Shown: positions 58,790-64,000 of the stretch, piece by piece
Numbering within the stretch: the stretch's first letter is position 1
How the letters are laid out: each line of letters begins with the position of its first letter
From: an uncultured Eubacteriales bacterium
GTDB lineage: Bacteria; Actinomycetota; Coriobacteriia; Anaerosomatales; PHET01
Direction: 5' to 3'
DNA length: 64,000 nucleotides
NCBI GenBank assembly: GCA_964607705.1
Contig: CAZSLI010000004.1
Span: 83,953-147,952 of the forward strand
Translations under genes and position numbers: made by a program
The notes under the pieces: model-generated
What the model was told of the DNA's origin: nothing
The model's database searches: none
What the model saw: only the letters and a program-made list of their open reading frames with translations

Positions 58790-59614
58790 CTAACGCCAGA
58801 CGTCGTCGGGATAGCGCACGCTCCAGAAGGTCAGCCCGTGAGCCGGCGCGGTAGGACCGGCAGCCGCGCGACTCCGTGCCTCGAGCGCCTCGGCCGTCCA
58901 GCCCGCAGGACGCCTTCCGGCGCCCACCTCCACCAGCGTGCCCACGATGACGCGCACCATCGAATGCAGGAAGGCGTTGCCCAGGACGCGCACCGTGAGG
59001 CACGTTTCGCCCAGATGCTGTTCCTCGGCGAGCGAGATCTCGTCCACCCTGCGAATGGTTCGCTGGCCCTCGGCCGACTCGGTCACGCAGAACGACCGGA
59101 AGTCGTGCTCCCCCACCAGTGACTCGGCGGCCGAGCGCATCGCGTCGACATCCAGCTCCTGCGGCACATGCCACGCGGACCTGCCGAGGAAAAGCGGCGG
59201 CACCACACCCGGAACGATGCGGTAGCGGTACTCCCGTCCGACGGCGTCGAAGCGTGCCGAGAACCCGGCTCTTGCCCGACGCACCTCGCGTACGGTGATC
59301 CCCTCGCCGACGAGCGCGTCGAGCGAGCGCCTCAGCGGCCGAGGGTCCGGCTCGTCCCCTCGCGTGTCGAAGCTCACGACCTGCCCGAGCGCGTGTACGC
59401 CGGCGTCCGTTCGGCCCGCGCCCGTGGTCTCGACCGGTCTACGCAGCACGGTCTCGAGGGCCGTCTCGATCCGTCCCTGGACCGTCGCCTGGCCCGGTTG
59501 TCTGGCGAAGCCCGCGAACGGTGCGCCATCGTAAGCGACCACCAATGCGAGGGCCCCGCTCCCGGCGGCCTGGCCCTCGTGCTCGTCGCCGACGCGGGAC
59601 GGTGCAGCATTCAT
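58790..59614 (-). CDS. truA: tRNA pseudouridine(38-40) synthase TruA
   Basis: VAYDGAPFAGF..GAGRTDAGVHALGQV contains the catalytic Asp motif. I chose the start at 59614 (MNAAP) for its SD GAAGGAG 8 nt upstream. ATG 59638 is an alternative. Confidence 0.85.
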   Translation of the reverse strand: MNAAPSRVGDEHEGQAAGSGALALVVAYDGAPFAGFARQPGQATVQGRIETALETVLRRPVETTGAGRTDAGVHALGQVVSFDTRGDEPDPRPLRRSLDALVGEGITVREVRRARAGFSARFDAVGREYRYRIVPGVVPPLFLGRSAWHVPQELDVDAMRSAAESLVGEHDFRSFCVTESAEGQRTIRRVDEISLAEEQHLGETCLTVRVLGNAFLHSMVRVIVGTLVEVGAGRRPAGWTAEALEARSRAAAGPTAPAHGLTFWSVRYPDDVWR

Positions 59615-59628
59615 CCCCGGGGTCTCCT

Positions 59629-60423
59629 TCACAGCCATACACCCAACCCTATGAATGCGACGATGCCCGTTACCAGCACCGCCCAGTCGAGCGTGATCAT
59701 CCGCGGCTGGCGTAGGCGCGTCCGTCCCTCGCCGCGGTAACAGCGGGACTCCATCGCGACAGCGAGGTCGTCGGCGCGCCGGAAGAGGCGCACGAACAGC
59801 GGGATGAGCACCGGGAGCCATGCCTTGGCACGCCTGATCGGCCCACCCGTGTCGAACCGTGCGCCTCGAGCGGTCTGAGCGACGACGATGCGCTCGGCCT
59901 CCTCGGCGGTCGTCGGGAGGAAGCGAAGCGCGATCGAGAGCATCATCGCGGCGTCATCGACCGGGAATCGCACGAACCGCAACGGTCGCATAAGTTGCGC
60001 GAGCGCATCGGTCAGCGCCACCGGCGAAGTAGTAAGCGTGACCAGCGACGTGCCCAGCACCAGCAGCAGGATCCTCACGCCGAAGAAGAGGCCGCGCTCG
60101 AGCCCCTCCGCGTCAACACTGAGCGGCCCGATCGCGAACAGCGACTCCGAGGGGTTGGCCGGCCACAGCGCGTTGGCCACGATCGTGAACGCAAGCAGCC
60201 AGACCACGGGGACCAGGCCGCGAAGCGCCGCTCTCCAGGGAACGCGTGCGATGGCGACAGCGCCCACAGCGATCCCGGCGGCCAGAGCAAGTCCCCACCA
60301 TGTGCCAACGGAAAACAGCGCGATGGCGTAGGAGGCAGTCAGCACGAGTTTCACCCGCGCGTCGAGACGGTGGACCGCCGATGACCCCGGGATGAACTGG
60401 CCGAAGGGGACCGGGACTGCCAT
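59629..60423 (-). CDS. ecfT: energy-coupling factor transporter transmembrane protein EcfT
   Basis: The start MAVPVPFGQFIPGSSAVHRLDARVK is a typical EcfT N-terminus. The coupling-helix ARG motifs are in QTARGARF. It has a TGATG overlap with ecfA2. Confidence 0.88.
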   Translation of the reverse strand: MAVPVPFGQFIPGSSAVHRLDARVKLVLTASYAIALFSVGTWWGLALAAGIAVGAVAIARVPWRAALRGLVPVVWLLAFTIVANALWPANPSESLFAIGPLSVDAEGLERGLFFGVRILLLVLGTSLVTLTTSPVALTDALAQLMRPLRFVRFPVDDAAMMLSIALRFLPTTAEEAERIVVAQTARGARFDTGGPIRRAKAWLPVLIPLFVRLFRRADDLAVAMESRCYRGEGRTRLRQPRMITLDWAVLVTGIVAFIGLGVWL

Positions 60424-61256
60424 CAGCCGGCCCTCCGGGCGGTGGCCAGGGCTGCCGCTGCCGCCGACGGGTCGAGAGTGATGGCTGGCAGCGAGGCCCC
60501 GCGTTCGACTGCGAGCCGCTGGACCTCGAGGACCGGCGGGGCCTGGAGACCATGACGAGTGAGGATGCCCGGGTCCGCGATGGCGTCGGCTGCGGGACCC
60601 GACCACACGATGCGCCCCGCCCCCATGATCACCAGGTCGTCCGCCTCGCCGAGGAACTCCTCGGCAGCGTGGCTGACCACGACGACGCCCGCGTGCTTGC
60701 TCTGGGCGACAAGTAGTCGGCGGACCGCGCGACGACCCGGTGCATCAAGACCCGCGGTGGGTTCGTCCGCAAGAAGGTAGCGTGGGCGCATCGCCAGCAC
60801 ACCCGCGATCGCGGCGCGGCGCATCTCCCCACCTGAGAGGGCGAACGGCGACCGATGTCCGTAGCTTTCGGGATCGAGGCCGACCGACCGCAGTGCGTCC
60901 CGCGCGGCTTCACGCGCATCTTCGACCTTCTCGCCCAAGTTGGCTGGCCCGAACGCTACGTCATCGAGGACGGTGTCGGCGAACAGCTGGCTCTCCGCAT
61001 CCTGGAATATGAGTCCGACCTTGCCCCGCGCGGCCCCAGCATCGAGCGGAGCGCCGTCGATCGTCGCACTTCCGCCGGTGGGCGCGAGCAGCCCCGACGC
61101 GATGCGCAGCAGGGTGGACTTCCCCGAGCCCGTGGCGCCCACGAGAAGCGTGAGTCGTCCCGGTTCGACTTCGACTGTCACCGCATCGAGCGCGGCAACG
61201 GAGTACTCATGGCCGGCCTGATAGATCATCCCCACGCGATCCATGGTCAGACCCAT
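60423..61256 (-). CDS. ecfA2: energy-coupling factor ABC transporter ATP-binding protein EcfA2
   Basis: Walker A is GATGSGKST and the signature is LSGGEMRR. The start at 61256 has the SD GGAG 5 nt upstream. Confidence 0.85.
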   Translation of the reverse strand: MGLTMDRVGMIYQAGHEYSVAALDAVTVEVEPGRLTLLVGATGSGKSTLLRIASGLLAPTGGSATIDGAPLDAGAARGKVGLIFQDAESQLFADTVLDDVAFGPANLGEKVEDAREAARDALRSVGLDPESYGHRSPFALSGGEMRRAAIAGVLAMRPRYLLADEPTAGLDAPGRRAVRRLLVAQSKHAGVVVVSHAAEEFLGEADDLVIMGAGRIVWSGPAADAIADPGILTRHGLQAPPVLEVQRLAVERGASLPAITLDPSAAAAALATARRAG

Positions 61257-62059
61257 AGGGACTCCGCGATCCGCGCGGGATCGGTCTCGTGCGGCGCGAC
61301 ATCGAAGTCCCGCGACGCTAGCGCAGCCGAAAGCCGCACCACGTCGGGAAGCTCGAGTCCCCAAGCCTCGAGGCGATCGCCTTGCTCGAGTAGCTGGAGC
61401 GGCCCGCCCTCGAACACGATCAACCCTGCGGCGAGCACCACGACGTGATCGGCGTGCATCGCCTCGGCCAGGTCGTGCGTGATCAGCACGACTCCCTGCC
61501 CGGCTGCCAGCACCTTTGCCAGCACCCGCGTGACCTCGATACGTCCTGCCGCATCGACCATCGAGAGCGGCTCGTCGAGCACGAGGTAGCGCGGGCGCAT
61601 GGCGAGCGCACCCGCGATCGCAAGGCGTTGCTTCTGACCCCCTGAAAGCAGGTGCGGTTCGCGACCTTCGAGCCCCGTCAGGCCAGTCGCCTCGATGGCG
61701 GCATCCACTCGAAGCCGGACGTCGCTCCTCGGCAGGCCGAGGTTCTCCGGACCAAAGGCCACGTCGTCCTCGACGCTTGTGGCGACGATCTGGTCATCCG
61801 GGTTCTGAAAGACCATGCCGACGCCGGATCGGAGCTCCAAGGCGCGCTCATCGTCCCGCGTATCGATGCCACCGACCGTGACCACGCCCTCCGACGGCAA
61901 CAAGAGCCCGTTCGCCAGCCGAGCCAGCGTCGACTTGCCGGAGCCGTTGGCGCCGAGGACCACCGTGAGACGAGCGGGCTCGAACGCGAGGTCGACGCCA
62001 CACAGGGCCGCCGGCCCTTGCGCGCCGTAGCGGTACGTCACGTTCTCGAACCGGATCAC
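61247..62059 (-). CDS. ecfA1: energy-coupling factor ABC transporter ATP-binding protein EcfA1
   Basis: Walker A is GANGSGKST and the signature is LSGGQKQR. I chose the GTG at 62059 (VIRFENVTYRY) for its SD GAGGAGG 9 nt upstream. The ORF-track start at 62095 is a TTG without an SD. Confidence 0.85.
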   Translation of the reverse strand: MIRFENVTYRYGAQGPAALCGVDLAFEPARLTVVLGANGSGKSTLARLANGLLLPSEGVVTVGGIDTRDDERALELRSGVGMVFQNPDDQIVATSVEDDVAFGPENLGLPRSDVRLRVDAAIEATGLTGLEGREPHLLSGGQKQRLAIAGALAMRPRYLVLDEPLSMVDAAGRIEVTRVLAKVLAAGQGVVLITHDLAEAMHADHVVVLAAGLIVFEGGPLQLLEQGDRLEAWGLELPDVVRLSAALASRDFDVAPHETDPARIAESLWV

Positions 62060-62099
62060 CGGCAAGCCCCTCCTCGGATGGTCATCGGCGGACAATGCA

Positions 62100-62127
62100 C
62101 TGAGGGCCCCCCGCAGGAGGCCCTCAG
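62100..62127 (-). terminator. hairpin after rplQ (terminator/attenuator candidate)
   Basis: CTGAGGGCC-N10-GGCCCTCAG lies 38 nt after the rplQ stop. The U-tract is weak, so read-through into the ecf genes is plausible. Confidence 0.4.
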
Positions 62128-62164
62128 AATGGTAACGCGTTGCACCTCGCAGTGCGCGGAGCGT

Positions 62165-62515
62165 CTAGTCGACAAGCTCCATGATGACCATCGGCGCAGC
62201 GTCGCCCTTGCGGGGACCGAGCTTCAGGATGCGGGTGTAGCCGCCTTCCCGACCCTCGAAACGCTCGGCCTCGGAGAAGATCTTGGCGATGAGCTCCTTG
62301 TCGCCGATCGCAGCGATCGCGAGACGGCGGGAATGAACGTCGCCCTTCTTAGCCCAAGTGATCGTCTTCTCGACGAGAGGACGGACCTCCTTGGCGCGGG
62401 TCTCCGTGGTCTTGATGCGGTTGTGGGCAAGCAGTGCCCCAGCAAGGCTCTTCAGCATCGCCTTGGTATGCGATGCGTCGGTGCCGAGCTTGCGGCCCTT
62501 CTTGAGGTGTCTCAT
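62165..62515 (-). CDS. rplQ: 50S ribosomal protein L17
   Basis: [21 protein letters not shown].. shows full-length L17 similarity. Confidence 0.96.
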   Translation of the reverse strand: MRHLKKGRKLGTDASHTKAMLKSLAGALLAHNRIKTTETRAKEVRPLVEKTITWAKKGDVHSRRLAIAAIGDKELIAKIFSEAERFEGREGGYTRILKLGPRKGDAAPMVIMELVD

Positions 62516-62533
62516 CTCTCAGGCTTCCTTACG

Positions 62534-63472
62534 CTACGGCTTCAGACCGAGGTTCATCTGCTGAAGCTTGTCCTTGACCTCTTCGATCGACTTCGCGCCG
62601 AAGTTGCGGATGTTGAGCAGGTCCTGCTCAGAGCACTCCGTCAGCTGGCCGATCGTGTTGACGCCCTGACGCTTCAGGCAGTTGTACGAGCGGACCGAAA
62701 GATCCAGATCCTCGATCGGCGTGTCGAGCACGCTCTCGCTCTCATCATCGAACGGGATGAAGATGTCACCGTCCGACATGGTGGTCACTGCCTGATCGAC
62801 GAACAACGCCATATGCTCGTCGATGATCCGTCCGGCACGTGCGACGGCATCGCTCGGATCCATCGCGCCGTTGGTCTCGACCTCGAGCGTCAGCTTGTCG
62901 TAGTCGGTGCGCTGGCCAACGCGCGTGTTCTCCACGACGTAGGTGCAGCGGCTGACCGGCGAGAACAGCGAGTCGACGGTGATGACGCCGATCGGGTCCT
63001 CTACACGCTTGTTGCGGTCGGCGGAGACGTACCCGCGACCCGTGCCGACACGCACGCCCATCTCAAGCTTGGCGCCCGCGTTGAGCGTGGCGATGACGTG
63101 CTCCGGGTTGACCAGCTCGAACTCGGCCGGGACCTTGAGGTCGGCGGCGGTCACGACGGAGGGCCCGCTGACGGACAGCGTAGCCACACCCTCGCCTGCA
63201 CCGATACCGGTCTCGCGGAACACGAGGCCCTTCACATTGAGAATGATGTCGGTGACGTCCTCACGAACGCCCTCGATCGAGGCGAACTCGTGCTGGATGC
63301 CCTCGATGCGCACCGAAGTGGCAGCGGCGCCCTGCAGCGAGGACAGCAGCACGCGGCGCATGCAGTTGCCGAGCGTGTAGCCGAAACCGCGCTCGAGCGG
63401 CTCAACCACGTAGCGCGCGACCCGGTCGTCGATGGTCTCGACCGTGACCTGCGGCCTCATGAACTCTGTCAT
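62534..63472 (-). CDS. rpoA: DNA-directed RNA polymerase subunit alpha
   Basis: GYTLGNCMRRVLLSSL.. in the N-terminal domain, and a C-terminal domain with LDLSVRSYNCLKR. The ATG at 63472 is preceded by GGGAGG. Confidence 0.96.
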   Translation of the reverse strand: MTEFMRPQVTVETIDDRVARYVVEPLERGFGYTLGNCMRRVLLSSLQGAAATSVRIEGIQHEFASIEGVREDVTDIILNVKGLVFRETGIGAGEGVATLSVSGPSVVTAADLKVPAEFELVNPEHVIATLNAGAKLEMGVRVGTGRGYVSADRNKRVEDPIGVITVDSLFSPVSRCTYVVENTRVGQRTDYDKLTLEVETNGAMDPSDAVARAGRIIDEHMALFVDQAVTTMSDGDIFIPFDDESESVLDTPIEDLDLSVRSYNCLKRQGVNTIGQLTECSEQDLLNIRNFGAKSIEEVKDKLQQMNLGLKP

Positions 63473-63502
63473 CAAGCAGCCTCCCTGGCTTCTTCGGTCC
63501 GG

Positions 63503-64000
63503 TTACTTCGAGTAGAGCTCGACGATGAGCTGCTCACGAACCGGCGCATCGATCATTTCGCGCGTCGGCAGCGACAGCACCTTGCCCTGCAGCTTCTCGA
63601 TGTCGACCTCGAGCCAGCCGGGAACCTCGATCTTCTCCGAGGAGATGAGCGCGGTCTTGATGACCAGCAGGTCCTTCGACTTCGGGCCGACGGACACGAG
63701 ATCGCCCGGACGCACGCGGTACGACGGGATGTCCACCCGGCGACCGTTCACGGTGATGTGACCGTGGCGCACGACCTGGCGTGCCTCGTCGCGAGACTTG
63801 GCAAAGCCGAGACGGTACACGACGTTGTCCAGACGGCTCTCGAGCAGACGGAGAAGGTTCTCACCCGTGATGCCCGGCTGACGGCTGGAGATCTTGTAGT
63901 AGCCACGGAACTGCTTCTCGAGCAGGCCGTAGATACGCTTACACTTCTGCTTCTCGCGGAGCTGAACTCGGTACTCACTATCGCGAGGACGCTTCTTCCC
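63503..64000 (-). CDS. rpsD: 30S ribosomal protein S4 (N-terminus beyond window edge)
   Basis: The reading frame is open to position 64000 (..[31 protein letters not shown]..). The S4 domain [19 protein letters not shown] is present. Confidence 0.93.
   Translation of the reverse strand, partial: GKKRPRDSEYRVQLREKQKCKRIYGLLEKQFRGYYKISSRQPGITGENLLRLLESRLDNVVYRLGFAKSRDEARQVVRHGHITVNGRRVDIPSYRVRPGDLVSVGPKSKDLLVIKTALISSEKIEVPGWLEVDIEKLQGKVLSLPTREMIDAPVREQLIVELYSK

Overview
This is a GC-rich, very gene-dense chromosomal segment. I saw no rRNA, tRNA, CRISPR array, transposase or integrase. Most genes are on the minus strand, and many are joined by ATGA, GTGA or TGATG stop/start overlaps. The backbone matches the conserved actinobacterial core block, read from high to low coordinates: rpsD-rpoA-rplQ, ecfA1-ecfA2-ecfT, truA, rplM-rpsI-glmM, glmS, acpS-nnr-CBS-alr, a nine-gene A/V-type ATPase operon, nitroreductase-UDG-tsaE-tsaB-rimI::tsaD, groES-groEL, ychF, yggT, and guaB3-guaA-dacB-like. 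Below that lie chorismate mutase and DAHP synthase, a GH1 glycosidase, pcrA, and a phosphate block (CBS-pyrophosphatase, PAP2, a phoPR-like two-component system, pstSCAB). Then come a GNAT-nhaA-methyltransferase-FGase operon with a GshB-like ligase, a UbiA/UbiE-like/acyltransferase trio, a lipoprotein nuclease, thrC, and a TetR plus membrane Fe-S protein pair. By inference the source is an Actinomycetota-like organism, possibly an anaerobic deep-branching lineage given the V-type ATPase and the Firmicutes-like ECF placement. I reset many start codons from the ORF track using N-terminal homology, Shine-Dalgarno (SD) sequences and stop/start overlaps. The items most worth a second look are: (1) four tandem hairpins with C6 loops next to pstB (a doubled 6C-like sRNA, or stacked terminators); (2) a clear glmS ribozyme upstream of glmS; (3) the A/V-ATPase block inserted into the alr-tsaE synteny; (4) a divergent UbiA / UbiE-like / acyltransferase cassette; (5) the nhaA-methyltransferase-FGase-GshB-like cluster; (6) a RimI-TsaD fusion, and an AcpS with a repeat-containing acidic tail. 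I did not find a self-evident novel multi-gene system such as a defence island, and most of the window is ordinary core genome.
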